DNA of 63,636 nt, counting the filler, from Rozella allomycis CSF55 (Eukaryota), in the NCBI GenBank assembly GCA_000442015.1. It is 9 parts of 9 records of this genome, joined end to end, with 100 filler letters (N's around TTAATTAATTAA, not from the genome) between each part and the next. Parts side by side here need not be neighbours in the genome. Positions count along the whole stretch, not along the records: positions 14,322 to 24,694 come from KE560564.1; positions 24,795 to 51,161 come from KE560569.1; 7 more parts are not named here. One strand, 5' to 3'. Shown one piece after another: positions 23,244-37,446 of this stretch. The position numbers and the translations under genes were made by a program. The notes below the pieces were generated by a model. It was not told the origin of the DNA. It did no database searches and saw only the letters and a list, made by a program, of their open reading frames with translations. The first letter of the stretch is position 1. Each line of letters opens with the position of its first letter.

Positions 23244-23771
23244 TCATGAAATTGTAACAGCCTTTCCTTTTGCGGCTCGTTCTGCCTTTGGGAAGCATAC
23301 ACAAAGGACCCCGTTTTCGAATTTCGCTTCGCATCCTTTATTAAAGTCAGCAAGTGGGACATGCACAGTCCTTTGCATCTTTCCAAAATGTCTTTCAAAA
23401 ATCTTTCTTTCCTCGTCCTCGTGTTCTTTCTCATATTTCCTCTCTGCTTCAATGCTTAGAGTTTTGTTCTCTTCATCGGTAGACACTTTGATGTCTTTCT
23501 AATGAGGAAAATGTTTTATACCTTCTTTCTTAATTCCGGGCATGTCGGCTTTCAATAGTACTTTGTCTGGTGTTTCACTAATGTCCAGTCTTATTCCACT
23601 TGTTCCTAGACCTAATGTTGGGACTTGTCGCGGCATTAACTGGCCCGAGCCATATTCTGGAGGCGTTAAAAGCCTGCTCGGAGACATTGAAGGAAACCAG
23701 CCCGCTGTTGTCTCGTTGAACAGATCTTCAACTTGCTTCCTAAAAGTTTCAAAGGGATCACTGAGAACCAT
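23244..23771 (-). CDS. Small heat-shock protein (HSP20/alpha-crystallin)
   Basis: RLDISETPDKVLLKADMPGIKKE|DIKV..ERHFGKMQR..AKFENGVL; 27-nt intron 23495-23521; partial duplicate at ~22440-22944. Confidence 0.93.
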
Positions 23772-24794
23772 TTGGTCTAGCTTTTTGGGAACGACTATAT
23801 ATATCATTAAGATGATCAGATAAGATACCCAGAAGCTAAACGTTATTAATTGATAGAATTGCTGATACTTCTATATATAATCTTCAAACTTTGTTTGCCA
23901 CTATCTTTGTATTCCAAATGTAAAAAATATATGAATTCTATATGTTATAAAATCAAATGATATTTCTTCCTTAGGATAGTACGATTGACCGTATTACCAT
24001 TCTCATTGGTGATTCCATTTATGTGTCAGGTGTCTGATATATTAACCTAATTTTTGAATAATTTAAAAAGATCTATTTAATGATTAAATTGTTCTTCAAA
24101 TTTAAAAAATGGAGATATCTTCAAATGCTGGATCATTCGGGGACTTCGTTAGTCCATTGTAATTCAGTAACTATTATTTAATCTCATTATTTAATATGTT
24201 TAACCTATATAAAGGGAACCAGTTAATTTCTTATTTAACCATTAATTTGATGACGGTAGAACTTTATTGTATTAGTTTCAAATTTTAATATATCATTTAT
24301 CAATAGAACATATTTTGTTTCATACTTTCCGATAACAGTTTAATCAAAATTGATTTGTTTGTTTATCAAATAATGATGGCCTCAATATTCACTCGTGATA
24401 AGAAAAACATTGGGTCGAAAAAGACCAATAATGTTTACAAAAAGCAATCTCTGCCAAGAACCCTCGCATCATTGAATCTTCCAACAGCCAATGGATTTGA
24501 TATTTTGCGTGAACCTAGAAACGGAGTTAACTTGTCTGTTCAAACACAGAAATATGAAGACAAAGTGTTTAATTATACAAAAAACTCTCCAATAGCGTAC
24601 CGAAACAATAATTTATCATTCTTTAGTGGATATTCTTTTGCCAAGGTCAACGCCCTTAATTTAGCGAGAGAAAAAGACCTCAAGTAAATATCTGNNNNNN
24701 NNNNNNNNNNNNNNNNNNNNNNNNNNNNNNNNNNNNNNTTAATTAATTAANNNNNNNNNNNNNNNNNNNNNNNNNNNNNNNNNNNNNNNNNNNN

Positions 24795-25025
24795 ATTTTG
24801 CAAAGCTATTGAACCCATATCGTGGCCCATTGTAACATCCATGGCCAGTGACTTTCTTGCGTACCGACGATTGCCATCCATAATAAATGCCACATGCCTG
24901 GGCATCGGGCCTAAAAGAAGAGCATCAAGGCATAATTTTTGAAAATGTTTCCGAAGCAAATCGCAAATCGGCATATCGAAGAGCATATTGCAAGGGTATT
25001 TATAAAACCTTAACAGCGCTTGCAT
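24795..25025 (-). CDS. RER2: cis-prenyltransferase (DHDDS/RER2), N-terminal part
   Basis: [20 protein letters not shown]...GH..G; truncated by contig end. Confidence 0.9.
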
Positions 25026-25075
25026 GCAAGATCTATTGATTAAATTAATTTAATCCTATAAATTTATTTCTAAAG

Positions 25076-25744
25076 CTATGAAGAATTGATTTTGGACATG
25101 GATAAATTGGACGCCGCCACAGTTGACGATGAGGATAAACGGTGTGCAAATGAATTATTCCCCTTTGCTACCTTCTTGTTAATCAACATGTTCATAATAT
25201 CAGAAATATTAAGCAGGTCACTCTCAATTGTTTGAAATCTGTCTACTATTTCTTCAAGCTCTTGAGATTGCATTTCGTCGGTTCTTTGCAATTTTTTTAT
25301 ATCGTCTCGCAGAATCATAATGCTTTTTAAAATTTCCTCGTTCTTATATAATTAATCGAACGAATATACCTCGTGCCTTAATATCGATTGTGCGACTTTT
25401 ACTTCATCGATATAATCTATGCATTGATAAACAAATAATTTGATTTACTAGCTAAAGATTTAAAACTGGAACCGCGAAAAATAATATATGAAAGTCCCTC
25501 AACTATGATGGACTCATTTTCTGTGTAAGCAGTTTCCTATTTCAAAGCTAAATTGAGTTTACCAGATGCTCAATAAATTGTTTCAAAGCCAGAGGAGAAA
25601 ATTCTTTGAGTAATGCGACTACAGGCGGTGTTGTCGATTGCAAAACTCTATTAGCATCAATAGAATATTACTAGATATCGGAGTGTCCACAAACAAAATT
25701 TTACAGGGTTTTAATATTGTTTTTGTTAAAAACTCTATCATCAT
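25076..25744 (-). CDS. Hypothetical multi-exon protein with C-terminal coiled coil
   Basis: ORF pieces 25619-25807 and 25076-25318 separated by intron-like GT..AG segments. Confidence 0.4.
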
Positions 25745-25887
25745 GACAATAGTGCCACTTCTCTTCGAAAGAATCGATATAGACGACAAACGTAAACATT
25801 CAATCAAAAACTAACGACAGTTTTCAAAAATATTCTTTTTTAAATTTATAAATAAATTCTTTAACTTATTAAAAAAATAATTTTATT

Positions 25888-26729
25888 TTAAAATCCTCGC
25901 ATCTCGAGCAATGCTTTTGTTCTTTGCTTGACTCGCTCGTCAAAAATTTTATGCAAAGATTTACACCCCTCCAACCCAACTTCAATTAAACTATCGACAT
26001 TTGCAACGTGTATCTTTTTCTCAAGTTGAAAAAGTACGATACTTTGATCTCTTGGTTGAATAGCAATAGTTAATACAGGTGTATCTGAAGACTCTTCAAT
26101 TGCATTCATGTCTAAAAATGGTGTATTTTTTATGTAGCCAATTGTAGAGGCAGTTATATAATCGGTCATAGGGATCCCCGCGTCAATTAAGGCTAGGGTC
26201 ACTGCATTCACGCATGCCGACAACAGACCTTTTACCGATAAAGAAAATATTTACCGCCATCTACTTGAATAACTTGAATGTAAATGTCAATTTGCGATCT
26301 GGGAAACAGTTGAATTTTAACCACAGATTCCATGGTTTGTTTAATAAATATAGACATCTCCATAAGTCTTTTATCGACCCTAGCTTTTCTCCTGTCTGTT
26401 TTTGTAAAAGTTGACATTGATATTTCAGTTGTAATTATAGCCTTGTCGTGCTGTAACTGATGTCGTTTTTCAACCTTTGAAAATATGCAATAACAAGTAC
26501 CTCCCGAGGACCATAAACACATGCTAAAAGTTTTGTGTTTCCTTGTTCCAAATAACATGATCCATCTGCCTGTTGAAAAACAGACATCCTCGAACGAATA
26601 GACCTTAACTCATGGGGCCTTCTACCGTCTATTCTGAGACCTGAATTAATTTTATAGTATTAAAAAACCTTCGGGTAGCAATAGCTCGCGTCTAGAAGAC
26701 TAAAAACACCAAGAAAATAATTTTACCAT
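25888..26729 (-). CDS. RRP41: Exosome subunit Rrp41/Ski6 (RNase PH family)
   Basis: GLRIDGRRPHELR, ADGSCYLEQGNTK, VYGPRE, PRSQIDIYIQVIQVDGG, NAVTLALIDAGIPM. Confidence 0.95.
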
Positions 26730-26789
26730 TTGATAAATTTCGGAAAGTGGTAAATCGAAGAAAATGTATAATCTAGTTTATTAGAGATA

Positions 26790-27776
26790 TTAAGCTTGGC
26801 TGACAAACCAATTTTTTCGTTATTTCTCCAAATTCAAAGATTTGCTTATTTTGACTGTCAATTGCGACCAAACTCCTAAACATGTCACCCTCGTGGCCAG
26901 AGTTCACCTAGAGAAATGTGGTAACAATTTGATTACAGTGAAAACTATATCGTCAATTGTTAATTCAATGTCTCCATTATCAAAAAATCTAAAGTTTCCT
27001 ATAGTTCCATCTTTGAGTTTAGATGGAGTCCAGTTGGAACAATTTTCAAGCTCGGATATGGAAGGCAGAACTGGAGGTAGTTGGAAAAGAAATAATCCAT
27101 CTTCATTTAATATTGGTTCATCATCCTGTTTAAAGATAAGCCAAAATACTTACAAGTGATTTTAAGTAAGCTAAATCACATGCAGCTCCAACTAGCTTGT
27201 TTTTATGGTCAATTTGAGTAACTGATTCTGTGCTATTATCTTCTTTTTTGACAACATCCATGGCAGATTCGAGATCAAAATCTTCCTCCTTGAGAGCTAC
27301 CTTTTCGTCATTCATGATTAAAACCGGAGCATCTCCGGAATTACCATCGCCAATATCATTTAAACTGATAACGTTATCCGATATCTGATCACTGATATTG
27401 GCCAATTGTTTCTGAGTGGCTGCTGATTCTGTTCTAGAGGAGCCAAATAAGCTTGCAAATGTAGCTTTTCTAGTCTTTTGAATTCCTATCATTCTAACGT
27501 AAAGACATTACCGTCCATAGAAGGCCCTTGAGCAAAAAGGCCACCGGTGACTTCCTGGGTGATATTCTGTTTAAAATCCTTTTTATCCATTTTTGCTTTT
27601 CCCTTTGGTTTTCTCTCTTTTGATTTTGTAGCATCTAGGAGAGCAGCACCTTCAGATCTTTTAATAACGGGCGAGAAAAGTTACTTTTTTGCAGCCTTTA
27701 CATTTGGTTTGAATTTCATTTTTTTAGCACCACCTAATGTGGTATCTTTATCTTTTATGGAATCAAGACGTTCCAT
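26790..27776 (-). CDS. RPC53: RNA polymerase III subunit C53/RPC4
   Basis: MERLDSIKDKDTTLGGAKKMKFKP, GLFAQGP, LFLFQLPPVLP, GTIGNF..NG.IEL. Confidence 0.8.
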
Positions 27777-27817
27777 ATTTTAGTCGAGTGACAAGCCACT
27801 ATAGTGAAAGTGAGCAA

Positions 27818-28430
27818 ATGAATATAGAAGACGAGGATGTAATCGAGTATTTGACTCAGGTTATTTTGACTGAAGAAAATTGTCTTGATTTCGTAAAAGA
27901 ATATTTAGAGGATTATTTTCAAGTAAACTCAAAGATTACTAGAGAGATAGAAAGACATTGAAGAGTCAGAAATTATATCATTTATAAATAAAGTACAGAA
28001 AAAAACAAGTGAAAATAGTGAAAATGTAAAAGAAGAAAGAAGTTTAGAAACATCATTGACTGCAGAGAAAATATTGGATGGATTTGTACTAAAGGAGATC
28101 AAGGAAGAGAATGTAAATTTAGATAAAAAAGAATGGCAAGTTAAACAAAAAATTCTTGAAAAGTATTCAATAGACCGGGGTGATGAGTATGTGGAAAATG
28201 CCAAAGGAGAACTAGAGGTGATATATAAGAGTGCAGATGAATCGTCTAAAACATTTCAAGTTGTGGAAAATGAAAATAGAACTAGGGTTAAAGATGAAGA
28301 AAGGATGGTGAGGGAGACACAGAGAATTGAGCATTTGAAGAAAAAGGAGAGAGAGAAGGAGTTGCTTGAGAAACAAAGGTTGAAAGAGGTTAAAAAGAAG
28401 ACTCAAAAGCAAGAAAGAAGAAGAATGTAA
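27818..28430 (+). CDS. CCDC43: Coiled-coil domain-containing protein 43-like
   Basis: IEYLTQVI N-terminus, KQKILEKY, ENENRTRV, KKKTQKQERRR C-terminus; one intron. Confidence 0.75.
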
Positions 28431-28451
28431 TAATAAAAGTATTTTTGACAT

Positions 28452-30763
28452 TTATTCATTTAATTCAATACGATCAGAGGGCAAATCTTTTCTTGAGAGG
28501 ATTGGCTTCATTGTTCTTTCAAAGTAAGGAGGAACAGCAGGGGGATTATTTCTTACAATTTTATCAAAGTAATGACGATAAATATCTCCATCAAATCTTC
28601 CCAGCGGTGAATTTAAAACGTAGTCAGATAAGCCAAAGGAGTCAACTAGAGGAACGGCTTCATTTCTAATCTCAGAGCAAAGTTCTAGAACTTTATTCTG
28701 GATCATTTCAATCTGGTTAGATGAGAAAACATTAAATTGAAGGAACGAACCAGCATTTTCTTGAATGGTAAACAAAGAATACAACAAGCAAAGTTTTTCA
28801 AGAATTAATTTTGCATCCATAGGTGCCTTTTGGATCGCATCTTTAAATTTCTTAAATAGATAAGAAAAACTGTGCATTTTTGCTGCTTGGAATCTTTGAG
28901 TTGCACAACCTTCAAGTCCCGCATCTTCATTAGCACCCCTGGCTAAGATTTCATTGAATTTATCAAAAGATTTCTTCACAAAGTTTGCACAAACAACGTC
29001 AAACGCTTTTTCAATATTTTCAAATTTTGTTGGATCTCCTTCACATCTTTGAACCAGGATTTCGGGTAATCTATTTAGATAAGCCACACCTTTTGGTAGA
29101 TCTTTTCCATTCAATTTTTCTTTATAGCAAGAAATCAAATATCTTCCCAGCTGAAGTGTCAGCACTGTGTTATCTCCTTCCCACGTACATTGAACAGCAA
29201 AGTCTTGATAAAGAGACGCTAAGCCAGCGTATGAACTGTAGCCATGGCCGCCAAGCGCTTGCCTGCTTTGCTCAATTATATTCAGAGTCGTCCATCTACT
29301 TAAATCTTTTACTGTTCATTACGTGCAAAATGCTTTCAAACCAGCAGCAGTTGCATGGGTCTCTTTTAGCGAGTCTAGAACTTTGCCTATTTTAGGGTCA
29401 GATGGCTTAATGGAATCCAATTTAGCAACCAAAGAATCATAAATTTTTGTCACTTCCAATCCAGCGAAATTCATAGCAAACGTTGTGGCTAAAAGTGGCA
29501 TCAATCTGTACTGATGCGTCGCGTAATCAAGAATCTTCTTTTCAATCTCCCCTGGCTGCAATGCGAATTGTCTTCTAATTGCTGAATATCTTATTGCTAT
29601 TGTTAAAGCCTTCTTGGCTATGTCTGCTGAATCCATAATCATCGTAACCCGCCCTAAAATTAACGCGCCATATGCCAATTGTTGTAATGGTGGCTCAGTA
29701 ACAACCCCCTGTCGTTTTGCTAAAAGTATTTTACCTCTCTTGATACTTTGGTATGCTTCATTAACATATTAGATCTGGGAATCCTCACGTGCGTGAATCT
29801 TATCCATCCATTATCAATTGCATTTCGTCCCTATCATTAACAAAATCATCTGTTACCATCTTGGGGCCTAAATCTCCAATACTTATTCCAGGAAGTAAAG
29901 AAAAGTCACTGGGATCTCTCAATGGCACAATAAACGACTTGACTCCATAGCACTTTCCTTTTACAATCATCCTCGCAAATACAGCACTTTTAATCCCTCT
30001 AATATTTATTACGAATGTGTTGCAGATTGTCCAGCACCACCAATCCAGAATTTGGTGGCAGTCAAAGTTGGCGTATGAATCACAAATTCATCATTTTCTT
30101 CATCAAATACAGCTAGGGTCTCAAGTCCAGCCACATTCGATCCATGCCTATCAAATATAATTAAATAAATCACCCCAATTCCGTCATTGCAAAACATCCA
30201 ATCATTCCATTCAATGTAAATGCACCTTTGCCCATCCAATAGGCGATTTGTTCAGGTGTACCCTGACCTGTCAAAGCACCCAAGAATAACCCAAAATGAA
30301 CACCCATTCTAGTCATGAATCCTGGATCAACCAGTGATATCACTCCAAAACGCATCCGTGCTTGCTCCACACTTTCACTTTGAATTGCTGCTAAAACGCT
30401 CTTGACTCTTTTCATCACAGCTTCTCTAATCTCATCCTTTGTCATATCTATCATCAAACATTGATCACGAATAAAATATCTCCGAGCCCACAAAATTTCT
30501 CTTCCCAGCCCACATGGANATTGATCACCATACCATGAATACGCGACAAATCAAATGTAGGATCTCTCTCCATTTCCAACATAAACTGTTCCTTTAACTA
30601 GATTAAGAGAAAAATTTGTAACTGACGTGTGTAAAAGCTTCCGATCCATCCAACAAATACGTCATTTTGCGAACATCAAATGACGCCTTTTGACGTTCCT
30701 GATTCAAGTCATTCGTTCCACTATTCTTTGACTAGTTATGTATAATTACGATTGCGGAACCAT
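28452..30763 (-). CDS. POX1: Peroxisomal acyl-CoA oxidase
   Basis: [75 protein letters not shown]; several short introns. Confidence 0.95.
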
Positions 30764-30831
30764 TGGATTGAATTGATTAGCCAATGCTACCAGTCGATCA
30801 GCTGCAGTCATTCTGAAATTTACTCGTTCAA

Positions 30832-33800
30832 ATGAATGAGATTTTACAAAGATTGTATTCACCCACAGTCCTAGTACAAACGTTATCAGATTTCAAAGAA
30901 TATAATATTCTAAATACCCTGAGCGATTTCCGCTCCTTTCCTAAACCACTCTCAAATTTGAGATTTGTAGAGGAATTTAACGAAAAGGAAACTAGTTTTA
31001 AACCCAGTTTGAAAAGTTTAAAGGCTTATAAGAATAATTTCGAGTGGTTTGACGATCAAGTTTGTGCAATGCTAAAGGAATGTTCGGATAGATGTTTGGA
31101 ATACGATACAATGTCACATCCAGTGGCTGCTTTATTGTTTGTATCTAGTGATGAAATAAATCCAATTGAATTAATCACTAAAGCCAAAGTTCCGTTGCTG
31201 TCGTTTATGGATCCTGGTCTTTTGAAATGCTACGTATTAGTTCCCGAAGGGTAATGAATTTAATTTAACATGAAAGAAATGAAGATCATTTAAAAATTCT
31301 AGAGAAAATGAACAAATCTTTGGGAACCAATTGTTTTATTTTCGACAAACAAGATCCCAGAAAGTTTGTAATGGAATTCTGTATGCGCTGTTTGCTTCCA
31401 TTTATGAAAAAAGAAATTGATTTTATTAACGAGCAAGTAGAAGTTAGCGATAAAAATTATTTTAGATTGCAAGTTCACGCAAAGGATTTACTGGAAGGTT
31501 ATTTACGGTTGGCAAAAAGTACTTTGCAAGGTCAGCGACAACTTCAACGNTTTAGTGATAAAAATTTTAGATTGCAAGTTCACGCAAAGGTTTTACTGGA
31601 AGGCTATTTACGGTTGGCAAAAAGTACTTTGCAAGGTCAGCGACAACTTCAACGTCTTCACTAGTTGGGAATATAATTTCGTAATAAATTAATAATTGAG
31701 ACAAAAGGTATAATTCAAGCAGCCCTGAATTTCAAATGCGTCGCTTGGCTGATTATTCATTCTTTCTTGGTGACTATAGAATGGCTCAATCAACGTATGA
31801 CAGTGTTAAAAGAGATTATCAGACTGATAAGAATTGGACATTTTATGCATCAGCGCTTGTAATAAATTGTTGTGAACTTAAAAGGAAATGATTGGGATTT
31901 GTTGTATTTTATTAAAAGAAAAGGATCCTAAATATTTGGATAGTGCAGCGATGCATTACATGACAAAATGCAATGACATGCAAAAGGCCCTGTGTACATC
32001 AATGCTGCAGGCTAACAGTCTTTGCATGTACAATCAATTCAAGGATGCGGCTGTTGTCTATTTAAGAATGGCGAATGAATTTAAGGGTAAAGAATATTGT
32101 TTGACGGCGTTGATGTATGAACAAGCTAGTCAATGTTATTCAAACATGGGTTGGAAGAGGAAGCAAAGTTTTTATTTGTATTTAGCTGGCAAGTGTTTCG
32201 ATATTTTCGGATTGGTAATTAATAAAGTTTTAACTTCCCAAGAAAGAATACTCAACCAACTGCTGTTTTAATGCGTCAAAGACGATTACAGACAAGGGAT
32301 GGACTGTGGCTGAAGATTTGATAAACTTTGGATTAAAATCATCAAATAATGATTCACTGATAAAACTTTTGAGAAAGAGTAGAATTAATCCAGCGCTCCA
32401 GCAAAGTTACCTTGATGAATTCTTATCCAAGGCAGTAATAAATCTTCTTATGATTTCCAGGATGAAGGATTATCCTTTAATACAAAGGAGTTGAAGGTTT
32501 TAAAAGTAATCAATGAAAGTGCTACATTTTCACAACGGCATTTAATAGAAAAACAAATCCCATCAGAGTTATCGACTGATTTTACTGATTTAGAAGCTCA
32601 GCGTGTTAGATTTGAAGAATGGAAGAGGGATGGATTGATTGATCCCAACACAATGTTTAACCCCAGTGATTTGAAAGCGTTTTGTAGCGTGGAAGGTAAT
32701 TGAAGTCAATAAAAGTTATTAAAGAATTAGTGACGGTTGAAATTGGGATTGAAAACAATTTGAATGTTCCAATTTTCTGTTCAAACGTTTATTTGATTTG
32801 TGAATTTTCGGAAAATAGAGTTGAATGGAAAAGAGGAGAAAATTATGAGGAAATTGTTGTTGAAAGAATTGAAATTGAGCCAGAACAAATAATGATATTT
32901 AAAGGACAGATAAAGGTGTTGAAGAAGGGGTATTATAGAGTAGTTGGATTGAGTATGAAATTTATGAATAAAGTTGAATTGAATCATTGTATAGAAAAGA
33001 AAGGGAAGCGATTGAATTCAACAAAGGAAGAGAGAATGAAAGTTTTGTATTCACAAGACAAAAGTTTAGAAATTCTTTCGCTTGATTCGCTTCCATTAAT
33101 TTCAGCATTTTTTCATGAAATTCCAGAAGAGATTTATTTTGGCCAAGTAGTGAAATCAACCCTTGAAATAACCAACATTAGTAAATTTCCAATTTCATCT
33201 TTAAAATTTAAAACAAATCTTCCACATTGCATTCAGATTGGATCTTTTAATAAATTTGATTCATCTTTTTATTCAGCCACAGAAGAAAATGAAGAAACGT
33301 TTCTCACTTCAAATGGATTGGTTGAAAAGAAAGAATTTGACATTCCTCTGCCTGCTTATTCTATGGGAAATCTTTTAGATTCAAATGAATCTTTTTTATA
33401 CCCTGGTAGAACAGCATTAATCCCCGTGTGGCTTAGAGGGGAGTGGCATGGTTCGTCAAATCTAAAAATAGCCTTTAAATATGAATGTGAAATTAAAAGT
33501 CCTTTTCTAATCTTTAGAACGTTTGGATGGTCAAAGGAAATTAAAGTTCTTCCAACAATAAAAGCAAACGCTTTCACTAAATCTGGATTAACGTGCAATC
33601 AAAACACAATAGGAATTGAAATTGAAAATTTAAATGAATTAGATTTGGAAATTTCACAAATCTCTTGTCTAAGCCCCATTTGGAAACTAAAAAAGATTGA
33701 CGAGGCTGAAATCAAATGGACAATTTCTTCACACAGAATTTTCTATTTTTCTCTAGAAAGAAATTTAGATCCAATCTATGAAATAGAAAAAGAAATGGCA

Positions 33801-34708
33801 CTCGTTGTAGATGACTATCTCTCTTCAAACTCAAAGGGCCTTTCATTCAAAGATTCAAATCTTTCTCTTTTAATCTCTTCAATCAAAAATAATCAATCTG
33901 AAATTAATCTAAATTCTCCTTTTCTGAAAAACTTTTTAAATCTTTCAAGGCAGAATTGGAGATTAGAAAATTTAAAAAATACTTTTCCACATTTTTCTGT
34001 TTCAGAATTTACTAGATTATTTCCAAAATATTTTTCAGATGAATTAGATTTAATCATCTTTTGGAACGCTGGAAATGTTAAGGCTCATCACATCATTCAA
34101 GGTAAAATATTTTCAATCTTTTTTTCAAGGGATCTATCTTGGATCTCATGCGCCACTATATCTACCCAAACTGTCGGATTCAAATTATGTAAAGAAAATT
34201 ACAAATTCTCTCTACATGGAAACTAAAAAGAAGAAGATGGACATATTAAATTCAATAAAAGCCCAAAATAATCCAAATCAAGTAATTTGACTCAAATTCT
34301 TCAATAGGCGTTTGTTAAACTAAGAATTAATCATAAAACAGAGTTGGATTTCAATCTTGAAGAGTAAAACAATTCTTTATCTAAAAATAGAACTGTGGCT
34401 GAGGTTGGGTATACAATCTACAATACATCTTGGAGAAGTGAAATCACTTTTAATCTTGAATTAATAAAGTAAAACAAAAAATACTATTTAAAAGTGGCGA
34501 AATGTCCAAAGGCGAATGTTTCTCATGGATTGGACCTCAAATACTTACTGGGCGTTTAAAGCCTGAAGAGTCAATCAATCTTCAATCTGAAATAGAGTTT
34601 TACCAGCAAGGAGTTTACAACGTTGCAAAATGGAAGTTGGAAATAAAATCATCAGACGGATCCACAATTCAAATGCCTAATTATTCATCCTTTGTAATCA
34701 TTAAATAA
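30832..34708 (+). CDS. TRS85: TRAPP III subunit Trs85/TRAPPC8
   Basis: HPVAALLFVSS, SPEFQMRRLADYSFFLGDY..YDSVKRDYQTDK.W..ASALEM, KGKRLNSTKEER, FSWIG..GVYNVAKW; multi-exon. Confidence 0.88.
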
Positions 34709-34736
34709 AATGGAGTTAAGTTAAGCAAATTTATTC

Positions 34737-37299
34737 TTAAATGAAATAAACGTTTAATTCCGAGAGTGAAATTGGTTTCTGAATTTTCAAATCTTTCTTT
34801 TCATTTGGCGCCAAATGGAAACAATTCTCCATTAATTCAATTTCACAATTACTCATGTTGAAAACAATACTAACAAAATATAATGCATTTTCCGTTGTAT
34901 TTTGAATAGTTATTGATTCATTGTTTACTTTAACCAATGGTGCAACTTTGTTTCTTGATGTAATCTCTGCAAAGTCCTCCTCAGCTAGAATATTTCCATC
35001 TTTATGCCTAAATTTTGCTCTTAAGAAGCTTTGATTGAAATAATTCATTTCAACAATTTTCTTGCCCCTTCTGGCATCCATTTTCACCTCCAGTATCGTC
35101 TTTTCAACTGTCATACCATAAATTTCAATCTCCACAACACCATCAATGATTTTATCAGTATCATTTATCATCCAAACAACCAACTTATTCCCAACTTTGT
35201 GCATCGTTATTCTAATTGGTTCAAACGCTCTCTTTATGAAATAATGAGATAACTTGCAGTCACCATTCTCTGTTAAAGTTGACCATGAAGGACATGTCCA
35301 CACATCATTTAACTGCCAGTACAAGGCACCCATACAATTCCCCTCAAATTGTAGTCTTCTATAATGATCAATCTGACTTTGAAGCATCCATCCCTGTACA
35401 ATTTGACTCGAATAAACCTGAAATTCAAATTCATCGCATTCACTGATAAATGGAAAGACTTTTTGCATTAAATTCATCATTTGGGTTTGACCATTCAAGT
35501 GATGATTTCTTTGGATCATGAAATCTGAAAAGAAATTTAAATCATCGGTGCATTCAACTACTTTTCTTAAATCGTGATAATTTGGCATTGATTGATAGCC
35601 AAATTCAGATGCGAAATTGGTTATTGGCAACTTGGACGTATCTCGTGCATCATCTTCGTAGTTATAGTAGTGAGTATCTCCAGTGTATGGAAGTTGAGCA
35701 AATCTTTCGCGACGAGGATCATTCAGAAAACAGCCATTTGAAGGGGAACTGGAGACGTAGGGTCCAACATACCCTGTTGATCTCAATGAATCTAGAATGC
35801 AATTATTTAAGATATAATAATCAATCGAATACAAAAAGGGATTTCGTTTAACTGGCTCAAACCACCCCTTCACTAGAATCTCTTCATTCTCATTGTTTCC
35901 GCTCCACAGCACTATGCATGCAAATCTACCTAGTCGGTTGCTTTGATATTCGATTTCCCTTTCAACGTTTTCAAGAAACTCTGAATTGGTTGGGTACATT
36001 GCACATGCTATTTAACAACGTGTAAATGACGTTACCAAACATACATTCTTGCCAAACCATTATTCCGTATTCATCACATAATTCATAAAAGAAATCTGGA
36101 AGATACGTACCACCTCCCCAAACTCGAATACAATTCATATTCGCAGCTACACATTTTCGAATTATCTTTTCCAAACGCTCTTTGTTCACTTTAGTTTCAT
36201 CAAGATCAATTGGTACAATATTTGCTCCTTTGCAAAATATCTTCCTGCCGTTCACGCTTATCACAAACTTTCTCTCCATGTCCAACTCTGAATAGCGAAA
36301 TCCAATGGAAATTGTTTTAGAGAAAACACGCATGTGCATTTCGACATCATAAACATCAATTTTCAGATTATACAATTTTGATTTTCCATAGCCTATTGGG
36401 TACCAAAGCTCTACCATATTTCTTGGTATTGTAAAAGTAAACTCAATATTAAATGGACCTCTGGCCAATTCACCATGATCAAACTCGAATTCAATCTCAT
36501 CAATCTTGCAAACTACTGAAATGGATTTGAACTTTAAGGCTAGCCCCGCAAATCCCACGAGCTTTATATGTGCGGCAAATTCATCAGCATTAAAAAGATT
36601 GACTCTCACATAGCATTCGCTCACGACATCTGAGTAGCCTTTTGTTTCGGTTAAGTAGATCTCTTCCCCGATTCCTATAGGTATAATGCACGGACCCCTA
36701 TTCATTTCAAGAAAATCGACATACCAATCCCATCCAAATGAACTCTGGTTTATCCTTAGAAAGTTTCTAAATCGTTCTCCATTTAAAACTTCCACGTATC
36801 CATCGGGCAATTCATATGGGTAGAGGGCTGATTGTTGTTGAGCATATTTACAAGGTGATTGAAATGTCAATTTCAATATGTTCTGTTGAGATGACAAGAG
36901 ATATTTCAACGGAATAAAAAATGTGTATTTTAGAAAAGAGTTGTTACATGATCCTATCTTATAGTCATTGATAAAAACATCGCAAACTAATTCAACCTTG
37001 TTCATAACTAGAATAAAAGTGTCATCCGAATTAATATCGGCAGTAGAGTCAAAGTCAGGTACACTGAATTCATTTTCAAAAGTCCAATCACAATGAAATA
37101 TATCTCTATATTTTGTATCGTTAGTCTCCTTTGTCAAGTTGGGAAGCACACCGTTTGATTCAAGGATACTGTGCACAAGGCCCGGAACACATGCATTGAA
37201 CTTTTGATTTTTTGATATTAATAGTCTCTGGACATTATTATGACTCAAATATATGTCGTGGTTAGGATAAATAGTCCATTCATTCGATAGGAAATTCAT
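34737..37299 (-). CDS. GH2 beta-mannosidase
   Basis: VPGLVH, FGWDW|GP, WYPIGYG..LY, FCKGAN, NCIRVWGGG, WQECMF|ACAMYP, LWSGNNE, GDTHYY, FASEFGYQS, GALYWQLND. Confidence 0.93.
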
Positions 37300-37446
37300 T
37301 GACGTTTTGATAAAGTTTGATCTTGATTTAAAATGACAAGTAGATATTAGTGGTTTAATCTTGATATATCGTTAAAGAAACATGTGATTTTTGATACATC
37401 TTTGGTCATAATATTCGTAACTTTAGAATTTAATTGGATTTATTAA

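Noticed and set aside
23790-23880. Heat-shock elements upstream of HSP20
   Set aside because: A TATA-like run is present, but no clean array of three alternating nGAAn units.
24355-24687. 110-aa ORF at contig end
   Set aside because: No recognisable motif or splice support.
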